64,000 nucleotides of DNA from Acidobacteriota bacterium (GCA_019510095.1 JAEKLB010000020.1:12499-76498), one strand, 5' to 3'; shown: positions 29,785 to 39,190, counted from the first letter of the stretch. A program made the numbers and translations. Notes: a model not told the origin generated them from the sequence alone.

Positions 29785-30444
29785 TCAGGACCTCGGAAGT
29801 GGCCGCAGGCCGTTCGCCCATCGCTCGAGCACGATGCCGACGTCCCGCCGGGCCCGCTGGGGATCGGTGGACCGGCTGACGTAGATGCCGGCCTCCGACA
29901 CCACCGATGCCAGGAGATGGCCGAGCGGCTCGACGGGGACGGCATCGATGTGTCCTGCCGCCATCAGGTCACGCAGGCGCTGCTCCCACCTCGAGTTCAT
30001 CGAGCGTTCGGCGATCTCGACCACTGCGGCCAGGCCGAACACCATCGGTCCGTCGACGAGGAGGATCCGGGCGCGTGCCGGCGCCAGGCACCCATCGAGG
30101 TAGGCGAGCATGCCGCGGATCGCCATCGACCACTGGTCCTCGGTCGGCGAGGCGGCCGCGACGACCTGCACGCTCTCCACTGCCTCCTCGATGACCTCGG
30201 CCACCACGCAACGGAAGAGGTCCTCCTTGTCGACGAAGTGGTGGTAGAGCGCACCCCGTGTGACCCCGGCGAGGGCCACGATCTCCTCGGTCCCGGTGTC
30301 GTGGTAGCCGACGGCGGCGAAGAGCTCCCGGGCGGCCTGGAGGAGCTTGGCCCGCGTGGCATCCGGCTGGCGCTTGCGCTTGGCAGCGGCTCCTGCGGTA
30401 GCGGCGGTCGGTGCGATGCCGCCGAGTGTAGGTACTGTCCACAT
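29785..30444 (-). CDS. TetR family transcriptional regulator
   Basis: ATG 30442-30444. The HTH segment is ATRAKLLQAARELFAAVGYHDTGTEEIVALAGVTRGALYHHF. Confidence 0.85.
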   Translation of the reverse strand: MWTVPTLGGIAPTAATAGAAAKRKRQPDATRAKLLQAARELFAAVGYHDTGTEEIVALAGVTRGALYHHFVDKEDLFRCVVAEVIEEAVESVQVVAAASPTEDQWSMAIRGMLAYLDGCLAPARARILLVDGPMVFGLAAVVEIAERSMNSRWEQRLRDLMAAGHIDAVPVEPLGHLLASVVSEAGIYVSRSTDPQRARRDVGIVLERWANGLRPLPRS

Positions 30445-30474
30445 ACAGGCTGTATCCACTCGGAGGCGCCGATC

Positions 30475-31422
30475 GTGAACCTGCCCGGCTTCCCTCCGGC
30501 ACCGGCCGAGACCATCCGGCGGTCGCACGTCGCCGAGCTGGCCACGGTCACCGCTGCCGGCGTGCCGTTGGACACGCCCTTGTTGTCATGGGTTGGCGAC
30601 GACGGCACCACGGACGACCTGTCGACCGGGCTCTCCTATCCGGCCAAGGCCGAGCGGGCCCGCCGCGAGCCGAAGGTCGGTCTGCTCTTCGAGGGCGACG
30701 GCGAGGGGCCGGTCGTCGCCATGGCCGCTTACGCCGCAGTTCGGGACGCGGACATCCAGGCCAACGCCGAGCGGTACGCGGCGCTGACCGGTCCGATGGT
30801 GGCCAGCCTGAGCGCGGGCCGGCCCTGGGCGGAGCTGCGCGAAGCGGTCTGGTACTGGGCCCGGATCTGGCTGCAGTGCACCCCCGCGCGCGTGACCTGG
30901 TGGCCCGAGGGCACCGACCGGCCGGGCACGGTGTGGTCGCCGCCCGGGGCGGTCGTGCCACCCACCTCCGACCCGGCACCGACTGGACCGCCCACCCGGG
31001 CGCCGGGCTGGCCGGCGAGCGACTGGCGGGCGGGAGCCGCCACCGCCGTTGCCGGCGGGCCGTCGCCGCACCTCACCGCCATGGACGAGGGCGGGTTCCC
31101 GATCCCGTTCCGTGTGCGGTCGGTCGAGGTCACCGACGGCGGGTTCGACCTCGACGTCCCGGCCGGCGCGCCGTGGGCGCTCGCCGGCCCCGCCTCGTTG
31201 TGCTTCAACGGCCGGGACACCTTCGTCGGCAGCCTCGAAGGCGCTCGACTGGTCGTCGACCGCCAGCTCCCCGACCTGCCGCTGGTGGCCGATACCACCC
31301 AGATCTTCAGCCCGTCACCCGACGTCAGAGACGCCTTGATGGGTCGGCTCACCGCCGAGCTCGCCCGCCGCGGCCAGCCAGTGCCGGTCATGCCCGAGCA
31401 CGCACCGCCCGGCTTCTCCTGA
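30475..31422 (+). CDS. putative pyridoxamine-5'-phosphate-oxidase-like (split-barrel) protein
   Basis: GTG 30475 in the tail of track ORF 29620..31422, divergent from the TetR gene by 30 bp. The N-terminal pattern HVAELATVTAAGVPLDTPL...GLLFEG resembles PPOX-class proteins. The assignment is tentative. Confidence 0.5.
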   Translation: MNLPGFPPAPAETIRRSHVAELATVTAAGVPLDTPLLSWVGDDGTTDDLSTGLSYPAKAERARREPKVGLLFEGDGEGPVVAMAAYAAVRDADIQANAERYAALTGPMVASLSAGRPWAELREAVWYWARIWLQCTPARVTWWPEGTDRPGTVWSPPGAVVPPTSDPAPTGPPTRAPGWPASDWRAGAATAVAGGPSPHLTAMDEGGFPIPFRVRSVEVTDGGFDLDVPAGAPWALAGPASLCFNGRDTFVGSLEGARLVVDRQLPDLPLVADTTQIFSPSPDVRDALMGRLTAELARRGQPVPVMPEHAPPGFS

Positions 31423-31435
31423 GAACGAGCCAAGC

Positions 31436-31475
31436 CGCGACGGATTCTCGGCAGATCTGTCGAGGATCCGTCGCG
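31436..31475. repeat. palindromic intergenic repeat, copy 1 (imperfect)
   Basis: CGCGACGGATTCTCGGCAGA|TCTGTCGAGGATCCGTCGCG, with 2 arm mismatches. Lies between the convergent stops at 31422 and 31486. Confidence 0.7.
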
Positions 31476-31485
31476 GGTTCGGGAC

Positions 31486-32796
31486 TCAGCTGGCCTGGAG
31501 GCGGCCGACGATCTCGGTCACGAGGTCGTCGATGGGGACCCGGACCTGGGCGAGGCTGTCGCGGTCGCGGATGGTGACCGCCTTGTCCTCGAGCGAGTCG
31601 AAGTCGACGGTGACGCACCACGGCGTGCCGATCTCGTCCTGGCGCCGATAGCGGCGACCGATCGACTGGGTCTCGTCGTAGTCGGTCATCACGAAGGGCT
31701 GGAGCTTGCCGAGTACCTCACGGGCAAGCGGCGTGAGCGTGTCCTTCTTGGAGAGTGGCAGCACCGCCACCTTGTAGGGCGACAGCCGGGGGTGCAGCCG
31801 CAGCACCGTCCGTGATTCGCCCTCGACCTCGTCCTCTGAATACGCGGCGAGGAGAAAGGCCATCATCGTGCGGGTGGCGCCGGCAGCCGGCTCGATCACG
31901 TGGGGCACGTAGCGCTCGCCCGATGCCTGGTCGAAGTACTCGAGCTTCTCGCCCGAATGAGTGGCGTGCTGGGTGAGGTCGTAGTCGGTGCGGTTGGCGA
32001 TTCCCTCGAGCTCACCCCAGCCCCAGGGGTACAGGTACTCGACGTCGGACGTGCCGGCCGAGTAGTGGCTGAGCTCGTCGGCGTCGTGGGGGCGCAGCCG
32101 GAGGCTCTCGGTGGGGATGCCGAGGTCGATGTACCAGCGATAACGCTGCTCGCACCAGTACTCGAACCACTGCTTGCCCTCGTCGGGCGGCACGAAGTAC
32201 TCCATCTCCATCTGCACGAACTCGCGGGTGCGGAAGATGAAGTTGCCCGGCGTGATCTCGTTGCGGAACGACTTGCCGATCTGGGCGATGCCAAACGGCG
32301 GCTTCTTGCGCGACGTCTCCAGCACGTTCTTGAAGTTGACGAACATGCCCTGCGCCGTCTCCGGCCGCAGGTACACCGTGGCGGCCGATTCCTCGACCGG
32401 GCCGGCGAACGTCCGGAACATCAGGTTGAACTGGCGGGCCTCGGTGAAGGTGTCGCTCTTCCCGCAGTTGGGGCACGTCGTCGGGTCGTCGAGCTGGTCG
32501 AGCCGGTACCGCTCCTTGCAGTTGCGGCAGTCGACCAACGGATCGGTGAAGTTCTGGAGATGGCCCGATGCCTCCCAGATCGCCGGCGGGGACAAGATCG
32601 ACGCGTCGAGGCCGACGACGTCGTCACGAAGCTGCACCATCGACCGCCACCACGCTTCCTGCACGTTCCGCAGGAGGAGGACGCCGAGGGGGCCGTAGTC
32701 ATAGGCCGAGCGGAAGCCGCCATAGATCTCCGCCGACGGGAACACGAAGCCCCGCCGCTTGCAGAGATTGACGACGTTCTCGAACTGGTCGGCCAT
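31486..32796 (-). CDS. glyQS: glycine--tRNA ligase (homodimeric class II type)
   Basis: ATG 32794-32796 (MADQFENVVNLCKRRGFVFPSAEIYGG...). Class II motifs FRNEITPGNFIFRTREF and GATR are present. Confidence 0.95.
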   Translation of the reverse strand: MADQFENVVNLCKRRGFVFPSAEIYGGFRSAYDYGPLGVLLLRNVQEAWWRSMVQLRDDVVGLDASILSPPAIWEASGHLQNFTDPLVDCRNCKERYRLDQLDDPTTCPNCGKSDTFTEARQFNLMFRTFAGPVEESAATVYLRPETAQGMFVNFKNVLETSRKKPPFGIAQIGKSFRNEITPGNFIFRTREFVQMEMEYFVPPDEGKQWFEYWCEQRYRWYIDLGIPTESLRLRPHDADELSHYSAGTSDVEYLYPWGWGELEGIANRTDYDLTQHATHSGEKLEYFDQASGERYVPHVIEPAAGATRTMMAFLLAAYSEDEVEGESRTVLRLHPRLSPYKVAVLPLSKKDTLTPLAREVLGKLQPFVMTDYDETQSIGRRYRRQDEIGTPWCVTVDFDSLEDKAVTIRDRDSLAQVRVPIDDLVTEIVGRLQAS

Positions 32797-32808
32797 ACGG
32801 CCGTGATT

Positions 32809-32852
32809 CTGGCAGGGAAACCGGCGCGTCTTTGCCCCGCTTTCCCTGCCAG
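32809..32852 (-). promoter_or_regulatory. 12-bp perfect inverted repeat in glyQS 5' leader
   Basis: CTGGCAGGGAAA-20 nt-TTTCCCTGCCAG, ending 12 nt upstream of the glyQS ATG. No Shine-Dalgarno sequence is visible in between. Confidence 0.35.
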
Positions 32853-32924
32853 AACCGAAAGCCGGCAGGTCGGGCGGCCTAGGTTCGGGCCGCCTATCCA
32901 CCCCAGCGGCATCCAGGAGCGGAC

Positions 32925-33929
32925 ATGCCAGCGATACCGATCGACGAGAACGAGCTCGGAGGGCGGCTCGGTGCCGTCCTCGCCGAGGCGTCCCCGGGTT
33001 GCACGGTCGACACCATCACGCCGTTGCAGGGCGGGGCCTCGAGCATCACGTACTCGACCACCGTGACCAGCGCCGCCGGGGACCCCCAACGGGTCGTCGT
33101 CAAGGTCGCGCCGGCCGGACTCGAGCCGACGAGGAACCGGGACGTCCTGCGCCAGGCCCGGCTGCAGCGTGCGCTCGAGGACACGGATGTGCCCGTGCCG
33201 CGCGTGATCGCCGAGCACCCGGGCACGCCGCCAGAGGTACCGCCGTTCTATGTCATGTCCTTCGAGGAAGGCGACTGCGTCGAGCCGAACTTCCTGCCGG
33301 TCGGCGAGCAGCTCCCCCCGGACCACGTACGCGGACGGCAGCTGCACGCCGCCGGCATCCTCGGCACGCTCCATGCCCTGGCACCCGCGTCGCTGGGGCT
33401 CGACGACGAGCCCGAGATGACGCTCGACGCCGAGGTCGATCGGTGGACGAAGTCGCTCGACGCCTGCGACGACGACCTGCGTGCGGGCACCGAGGACGTC
33501 GGCCGGCGCCTGGCCGAGACCGTGCCCGCCATGGGGCCGACCACGCTGATGCATGGCGACTTCCGGCCCGGCAACGTGCTGGCGTCGGCCGACCGGGTGG
33601 TGTCAGTGATCGACTGGGAGCTCTGGGCACGCGGCGATCCCCGCGTCGACCTCGCGTGGTTCCTGATGATGGCGAACCCCGACGAGCAGATCGGTCGGGT
33701 CGCGTGCCCCGGCATGCCCAGCCAGGACGAGCTCCTCGCGGCCTATCACCAGGCGCGCGGAACTGAGGTCCGCGATCTCGAGTGGTTTGCCGCCCTGGTC
33801 CGCTACAAGCAGGCGTCCGCGGCGTCGTTCATCACCCGCAATGCCCGCCGGCGGGGCAAGGACGCACCACCGCCTGTGGGGAACCCCGGCCTCATGGCCT
33901 CGGCCCGGACCCTGCTCGGCCTCGGCTGA
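32925..33929 (+). CDS. phosphotransferase (APH/choline-kinase-like) family protein
   Basis: Kinase-like catalytic loop LMHGDFRPGNVL and IDWELWARGDPRVDLAW. Confidence 0.8.
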   Translation: MPAIPIDENELGGRLGAVLAEASPGCTVDTITPLQGGASSITYSTTVTSAAGDPQRVVVKVAPAGLEPTRNRDVLRQARLQRALEDTDVPVPRVIAEHPGTPPEVPPFYVMSFEEGDCVEPNFLPVGEQLPPDHVRGRQLHAAGILGTLHALAPASLGLDDEPEMTLDAEVDRWTKSLDACDDDLRAGTEDVGRRLAETVPAMGPTTLMHGDFRPGNVLASADRVVSVIDWELWARGDPRVDLAWFLMMANPDEQIGRVACPGMPSQDELLAAYHQARGTEVRDLEWFAALVRYKQASAASFITRNARRRGKDAPPPVGNPGLMASARTLLGLG

Positions 33930-33935
33930 CGCCGG

Positions 33936-34661
33936 TCAGCGGCCCTGCCACACGGGGGACCGCTTCTCGGCGAAGGCAGCCGCCCCTTCCTTGGCGTCGG
34001 CGCTGGCGAAGACGGGCACGACCTTGGCCCGGATCGCCTTCCACTCGCTGGCGTCGTGCATGCCGGCCTCCTCGAAGATCAGCTGCTTGGTGACGGCCAG
34101 GGCAAGCGGCGCATTGGCCGCGATGCGATCAGCCAGAGCGGCAACGTGCGCCATGAGATCCGCGGCGGGCACCACCTGGTTGACCAGGCCCAGCTCATAG
34201 GCCCGCGCCGCGTCGATGGCGTCGCCGGTCAACCCCATCTCGAAGGCGATCGCCGGGGGAACCCGCGCCGCGAGACGCGTCGAGCAGCCTGCGCCCACCA
34301 GGCCTCGCTTGACCTCTGGCATGCCAAAGGTGGCGTGCTCGGCCGCGATCACCATGTCGGATGCCATCGCCAGCTCGAAGCCCCCACCGATGGCCGCCCC
34401 GTTGACCGCGGCGATCACCGGCTTCGGGTAGCAGCGGGTCTGGAACACCTCGAGACCCGGTCCCTCGGGCCGGGGCCGGCTGCCTTGCCCGAAGGCGCGG
34501 AGGTCCATGCCCGCGCAGAACGCCTTGTCGCCCGCGCCGGTGATGACCACCACCCGGACCCCGTCGTCGTGCTCGGCGTCGGTGAACGCGCGGCCGATGC
34601 CAGCAATGGCTTCGGCGTCGAAGGCGTTGCGGCGCTCCGGGCGGTTGATGGTGACGACCAA
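33936..34661 (-). CDS. enoyl-CoA hydratase (crotonase); N-terminus probably longer than the TTG-defined ORF
   Basis: Contains VVTINRPERRNAFD...VVVITGAGDKAFCAGMDL...AAVNGAAIGGGFELA. The in-frame upstream sequence encodes (I)SIITEQHGST, preceded by AGGAGA, but has no ATG/GTG/TTG. Confidence 0.85.
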   Translation of the reverse strand: MVVTINRPERRNAFDAEAIAGIGRAFTDAEHDDGVRVVVITGAGDKAFCAGMDLRAFGQGSRPRPEGPGLEVFQTRCYPKPVIAAVNGAAIGGGFELAMASDMVIAAEHATFGMPEVKRGLVGAGCSTRLAARVPPAIAFEMGLTGDAIDAARAYELGLVNQVVPAADLMAHVAALADRIAANAPLALAVTKQLIFEEAGMHDASEWKAIRAKVVPVFASADAKEGAAAFAEKRSPVWQGR

Positions 34662-34704
34662 CGTCGAACCGTGCTGCTCGGTGATGATGCTGATGACTGT
34701 CTCC

Positions 34705-35415
34705 TCAGGTCAAGAGCCCGACGGACTTCATGCGGCGCTCGAGGTGGTGCTCCATGGCGCGTGTCGCCAGGTGCTCGATCTCGTAGCCGGATTGCGACGC
34801 CGGCTCTGAAAGGACCGAGACGAGATCGCCGCCGAGGATCCGGCGCAACAGGGCGAGCGCCTCGGGCGAGATGCGGGTGCCCCGCGCGCACGAGCGGCAC
34901 AGCACGCCTCCCTCGATGAGGTCGAAGGCCACCAGGGCATCGGTGGTGCCGCAACCGGCGCAGGCATCGACCATCGGGCGGAAGCCGAGGTGGGCGAGCA
35001 GCTTCCAGAAGAAGGCGGGCACCACCAACGGCGTCGACTGGGCCTCGAGCGTGCGTAGGGCGCCGAGCAGCATCTGGTGCACGCGGTGGTCGTCCTCACC
35101 TTCCTGCACGACGGCATCGACTGCTTCGAGGAGCGCCGTGGCCCGCGAGAGCCGATCGAGGTCCTCGCGGATGGTGCGGAAGTGGTCGATGGTCTCGGCC
35201 TGGGTGATGGTGTCGAGGTTGCGCCCCTCGTAGAGCTGGAGCGACACATGGGTGAGTGGCTCGAGCCGGGCGCCGAACCGGCTCTTGGTCTTGCGCACGC
35301 CTTTGGCGACGGCCCGCACCTTGCCCCGCCGCTCGGTGACGAGGCTCACGATCTTGTCGGCCTCCCCCAGCTTGATGGTGCGCAGCACGATCGCGTTCTC
35401 GCGGTACAGGCCCAT
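34705..35415 (-). CDS. recO: DNA repair protein RecO
   Basis: ATG 35413-35415 (MGLYRENAIVLRTIKLGEADKIV...). Has the C-terminal zinc motif CAGCG...CRSC. The rest of the track ORF is over-extension. Confidence 0.9.
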   Translation of the reverse strand: MGLYRENAIVLRTIKLGEADKIVSLVTERRGKVRAVAKGVRKTKSRFGARLEPLTHVSLQLYEGRNLDTITQAETIDHFRTIREDLDRLSRATALLEAVDAVVQEGEDDHRVHQMLLGALRTLEAQSTPLVVPAFFWKLLAHLGFRPMVDACAGCGTTDALVAFDLIEGGVLCRSCARGTRISPEALALLRRILGGDLVSVLSEPASQSGYEIEHLATRAMEHHLERRMKSVGLLT

Positions 35416-36128
35416 CAGATCGCCCCGAAGCGGCGCTCGCGCTGCTGGTACTCGCGGACCGCCTCGACCAGGTGCTCGCCCCGGAAGTCGGGCCACAACA
35501 CCTCGGTGAAGAACAGCTCCGAGTAGGCCAGCTCCCACAACAGGAAGTTGGAGATGCGGTGCTCGCCCGACGTGCGGATGACGAGGTCGGGATCGGGCAT
35601 GTCCGGGTCGTAGAGGTGGCGGGCGATGGCCCGCTCGTCGATCCGGTTGGCCGGGACGCCGTCGGCCACCAGCTTCCGCACGGCGTCGACGATCTCCGCC
35701 CGGCCGCCGTAGTTGAAGGCGATGGTGAAGGTCAGGGTGCGGTTGTCGGCGGTGAGGGCCGAGGCGTCGTCCATGCGCCGGACCAGGCGGCGCGGCACCT
35801 TCCTGTCGCGCCGGCCGGCGAACCGGATGCGGACGCCGCGCTCGTGCAGCTCGGCCTGGCGCCGCAGGAGGCTCTGCTCGTTGAAGTTGAGCAGCCACCG
35901 AACCTCATCGGGGGGCCGCTTCCAGTTCTCGGTCGAGAAGGCGTAGACGGTGAGCCACTTGATGCCGAGGTCGATGGCGGCGTTGACGACCTCGTAGAGG
36001 GCCTCCTCGCCGGCCGCGTGACCAGCAGTGCGCGGCAGGCCCCGCTTCTCGGCCCAACGGCCGTTGCCGTCCATCACGCAGGCGATGTGGGCGGGGACGC
36101 GGCGAGGATCGATCGCCTCCAAGTCCAC
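35415..36128 (-). CDS. uppS: isoprenyl transferase (undecaprenyl-diphosphate synthase family)
   Basis: Cis-prenyltransferase motifs HIACVMDGNGRWA, TVYAFSTENWKRP and IRTSGEHRISNFLLWELAYSE. Confidence 0.9.
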   Translation of the reverse strand: MDLEAIDPRRVPAHIACVMDGNGRWAEKRGLPRTAGHAAGEEALYEVVNAAIDLGIKWLTVYAFSTENWKRPPDEVRWLLNFNEQSLLRRQAELHERGVRIRFAGRRDRKVPRRLVRRMDDASALTADNRTLTFTIAFNYGGRAEIVDAVRKLVADGVPANRIDERAIARHLYDPDMPDPDLVIRTSGEHRISNFLLWELAYSELFFTEVLWPDFRGEHLVEAVREYQQRERRFGAI

Positions 36129-36161
36129 CCATCGAACGTACCTGCTCGGGGGTAGGGAACG

Positions 36162-37520
36162 GTGGTGCTCGCCTGGGTGAAGCGGCTCCCCGATCGCTGG
36201 CCGTGGCTGCGATTCGCCCTCGACCTCCAGGGCCGTTTCAACGAGCTGAACGGGGGCTACCTGGCCAGCGCCGTCACCATGACCGCCTTCCTGTCACTGT
36301 TCCCGCTGCTGCTCTGCGTCAGCGCCGTGCTGGGGTTCGTCGCCGGCAGCACGCCCGACCTCAGCCACAACGTGATCCGGGCCCTCGGGGTACCCAGGCA
36401 GGGCGAGGCGGCCACGGCGATCCGGCAGGCCATCACCACGGCCCGCGACAGCAAGGCGGCCGCCTCGGTCGTCGGCGTCGCCGGTCTCCTGTGGTCGGGT
36501 CTCGGCCTGGTCGCCGCCCTCCAGTACGCCTACAACTCGGCATGGCAGGTCACCGGCCGAGGCATGAAGGACAAGGTCTTCGGGCTGCTCTGGCTGGCTG
36601 GCGCCGGCGCCCTCTTCGCCGCCTCGTTCGCGGTCACCACCGTCCTCCAGTTCCTCCCTGGCTTCCTCGCACCCCTCAACCTGATCGCCGGCGTCGCCGT
36701 CAGCACCGGCCTGTTCCTGTGGGCGGCCAGGGCCCTGCCCAACGTCGATGTCGGCTGGCGGCCGCTCCTCCCCGGTTCGATCACGGCGGCCGGCGGGTTC
36801 GAGGTGTTGAAGGTGATCGGCGCCATCTACGTGCCGAGGGCAGTGGCGTCCTCATCAGCCGTCTACGGCTCGCTGGGCGTGGTGTTCGCCATCATCGCCT
36901 GGCTGTTCTTCTTCGGTCGCCTGCTCGTCTACTCCAGCATCGTCAACGTGGTGCTGTGGGAACGCGGCCACGGAACGGTCCACCTCGACATCGAGGTGCC
37001 AGCGGTGCCAGGGCGCGATGTGGAGCCCGAGGCCACGAGGGACGGCGAGGCGAGGCCAGATGGGCGGGCGGAGGATGGCCCGCCGGCGTCAGAGCCCGAG
37101 CCGGTCGAGCGAGTCGGGACGGCGCTGCCAGTCGCGGTCGACCTTGACCACGAGCTCGATGTACGCGCCGGGCGGGAGCTGCTCCCTGACCGCAGTGCCG
37201 ACGTCCTTGAGAACCGCCCCACGGCGGCCAATGACCATCCCCTTCTGCGACTCCCGCTCGACGAGGATCTCGCAGCGGATGCGCGGCCATTCCCACTCGA
37301 CGACCCGCGTGGCAATCGAGTGGGGAAGCTCCTCGCGCATGGCGATGAACAGCTGCTCGCGGACGAGCTCGGCCACCCAGAACGCCTCGGGCACATCCGT
37401 CACGGTGTCGGCCGGGTAGTACAGCGGGCCTTCGGGCATGCGCGCCGTCAGCTCGCCGACGAGGCCGGGAAGACCCGCCCCCGTCGTGGCCGACACCGGG
37501 AAGTAGGCGGACAGGCCTAG
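36162..37520 (+). CDS. YihY/BrkB (virulence factor BrkB / RNase BN-like) family membrane protein; 3' end questionable
   Basis: Contains YLASAVTMTAFLSLFPLLL...YGSLGVVFAIIAWLFFFGRLLVYSSIVN. The membrane domain ends near 36960, but there is no stop until 37520, which is 432 nt into convergent era. Confidence 0.7.
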   Translation: MVLAWVKRLPDRWPWLRFALDLQGRFNELNGGYLASAVTMTAFLSLFPLLLCVSAVLGFVAGSTPDLSHNVIRALGVPRQGEAATAIRQAITTARDSKAAASVVGVAGLLWSGLGLVAALQYAYNSAWQVTGRGMKDKVFGLLWLAGAGALFAASFAVTTVLQFLPGFLAPLNLIAGVAVSTGLFLWAARALPNVDVGWRPLLPGSITAAGGFEVLKVIGAIYVPRAVASSSAVYGSLGVVFAIIAWLFFFGRLLVYSSIVNVVLWERGHGTVHLDIEVPAVPGRDVEPEATRDGEARPDGRAEDGPPASEPEPVERVGTALPVAVDLDHELDVRAGRELLPDRSADVLENRPTAANDHPLLRLPLDEDLAADARPFPLDDPRGNRVGKLLAHGDEQLLADELGHPERLGHIRHGVGRVVQRAFGHARRQLADEAGKTRPRRGRHREVGGQA

Positions 37521-37928
37521 CTCGCCGGCCTTCTCCAACTGGGCCAGCACGTTCTTGCGTGACGCGGCGTCGACCTTGTTGACGATGCAGATGCCGTTCG
37601 CCGGCACGCGGTCGGCCACGAACTGGTCACCACGCCCGAACGGCGCGGTCGCGTCGATCACCAGGCACACCACGTCGACACCGCCGGTGGCCTCGACCGC
37701 CCGCTCATTGAGGCGCTCGCCCATGGCGCTCCGTGGCTTGTGGATCCCCGGCGTGTCGACGAACACGATCTGGACGTCGTCCCGGTTGAGGACCCCGCGC
37801 ACCTGGGTGCGGGTGGTCTGCACCTTGTCGGAGACGATCGACACCTTGGTGCCGAGGATGGCGTTGAGAAGGGTGGACTTGCCGACGTTGGGCCTGCCGA
37901 CCAGCGATACGAATCCGGACCGGGTCAT
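37089..37928 (-). CDS. era: GTPase Era
   Basis: ATG 37926-37928. Has G1 GRPNVGKST, G3 DTPG and G4 NKVD motifs and a C-terminal KH domain. There is an ATGA overlap with the upstream gene. Confidence 0.95.
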   Translation of the reverse strand: MTRSGFVSLVGRPNVGKSTLLNAILGTKVSIVSDKVQTTRTQVRGVLNRDDVQIVFVDTPGIHKPRSAMGERLNERAVEATGGVDVVCLVIDATAPFGRGDQFVADRVPANGICIVNKVDAASRKNVLAQLEKAGELGLSAYFPVSATTGAGLPGLVGELTARMPEGPLYYPADTVTDVPEAFWVAELVREQLFIAMREELPHSIATRVVEWEWPRIRCEILVERESQKGMVIGRRGAVLKDVGTAVREQLPPGAYIELVVKVDRDWQRRPDSLDRLGL

Positions 37929-39190
37929 GAGCGAGCACCCGCCATCCTCGTGATCCGGACGCGGCCGATGCGGCGGCCCTGCACCCGCTCGGCCCGCAGC
38001 AGGTGGGTACCGACCTCGACGGTCTCGCCCTCCGCCGGCACATGCCCAAGCAGGTTGAAGACCAGCCCGCCGACCGTGTCCCAATCGCCCTCGGGCAGGG
38101 CCAGGTGCAGGAGCTCGTTCACCTCGTCGAGGGCCATGCGGGCATTGACCCGCCAGTCGCCATTGGGCAGCGGCTCGAGCAGCGGGTCCTCGACGTCGAA
38201 CTCGTCGACGATCTCACCAATCAGCTCCTCGATCAGATCCTCGAGCGTGGCGAGCCCGGCGGTGCCGCCGTACTCGTCGACCACGATCACCATGTGCATC
38301 TGCTTGGCCTGCATCTCCCGCATGAGCTCCGACACCCGCTTCGTCTCCGGCACGAAGAGGGCCTGGCGCAGCAGGCCCCTGACCGGCGTCTCGGCCCCCG
38401 TCTCCCGGGCAGCTCGCATGAGATCCTTGGCGTAGACGATGCCGACGATGTCGTCGATGCCACCTGCGTCATAGGCCGGGATGCGGCTGTAGCCGTTGGC
38501 AATCGAGATCTCCATCGCCTCGCCGACCGTCACCGATGCCGGCACCGTCACCATGTCGGGGCGCGGCACCATCACCTCGCGGGCGACGGTGTCGCCGAAG
38601 TCGATGATCGACCGGATCAGCGTCCGCTCCTCCGACTCGATCTCACCGGCCTCGACGGCCACGTCGGCCAGCGCCAGCAGCTCCTCCTCCGACGCGGCCG
38701 GGCCCGCCGGGTGCCCCTTGCCGGGCAGCAGGATGTTGGAGGCGCCGATGAGCGCCCTGGTGAGCAACCGCACGGGCAGCGAGGCGGCGAGGAAGCGCAC
38801 GGCCGGGGCGACGAACAATGCGGTGCGCAACGGGTGCTGCAACGCATAGGTCTTCGGTGCGGCTTCGGCGACCACGAAGATCACGACGACCTCACCGACG
38901 ACGGCGACGACGATGCCGAGCGGACCGAGGTATGACTCGGCGAGCAGCGTCACCAGGCTGGCGGCCACCAGATGGCAGAGCAGGACGAGGAAGAGGATCG
39001 GGCTGAGGATGTCCTCCCGCCGCTCGAGCATCCGGGACAGGCTGGCTGCGCCGCGTCGACCCTCCTCCTCGAGGGCGAGGGCCTGCGCTCGCGGCAGGTG
39101 GGTGAGGCTGGTCTCGGCGGCGGCCAGGAAGGCGGCCGTGACCACGAGGGCCAGCACTGCGACGATCGCCGCCACCTCGGGGGTCGACAT
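37925..39190 (-). CDS. hemolysin-family protein (DUF21 + CBS pair + CorC_HlyC)
   Basis: ATG 39188-39190. The N-terminal DUF21 membrane region is followed by a CBS pair (VMVPRPDMV...IVYAKDL) and C-terminal GETVEVG...RVQGRRI. Confidence 0.9.
   Translation of the reverse strand: MSTPEVAAIVAVLALVVTAAFLAAAETSLTHLPRAQALALEEEGRRGAASLSRMLERREDILSPILFLVLLCHLVAASLVTLLAESYLGPLGIVVAVVGEVVVIFVVAEAAPKTYALQHPLRTALFVAPAVRFLAASLPVRLLTRALIGASNILLPGKGHPAGPAASEEELLALADVAVEAGEIESEERTLIRSIIDFGDTVAREVMVPRPDMVTVPASVTVGEAMEISIANGYSRIPAYDAGGIDDIVGIVYAKDLMRAARETGAETPVRGLLRQALFVPETKRVSELMREMQAKQMHMVIVVDEYGGTAGLATLEDLIEELIGEIVDEFDVEDPLLEPLPNGDWRVNARMALDEVNELLHLALPEGDWDTVGGLVFNLLGHVPAEGETVEVGTHLLRAERVQGRRIGRVRITRMAGARS

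Noticed and set aside
32797-32924. A T-box leader for glyQS.
   Set aside because: Only 128 bp are available. There is no T-box sequence or specifier-loop architecture, just a single perfect hairpin.
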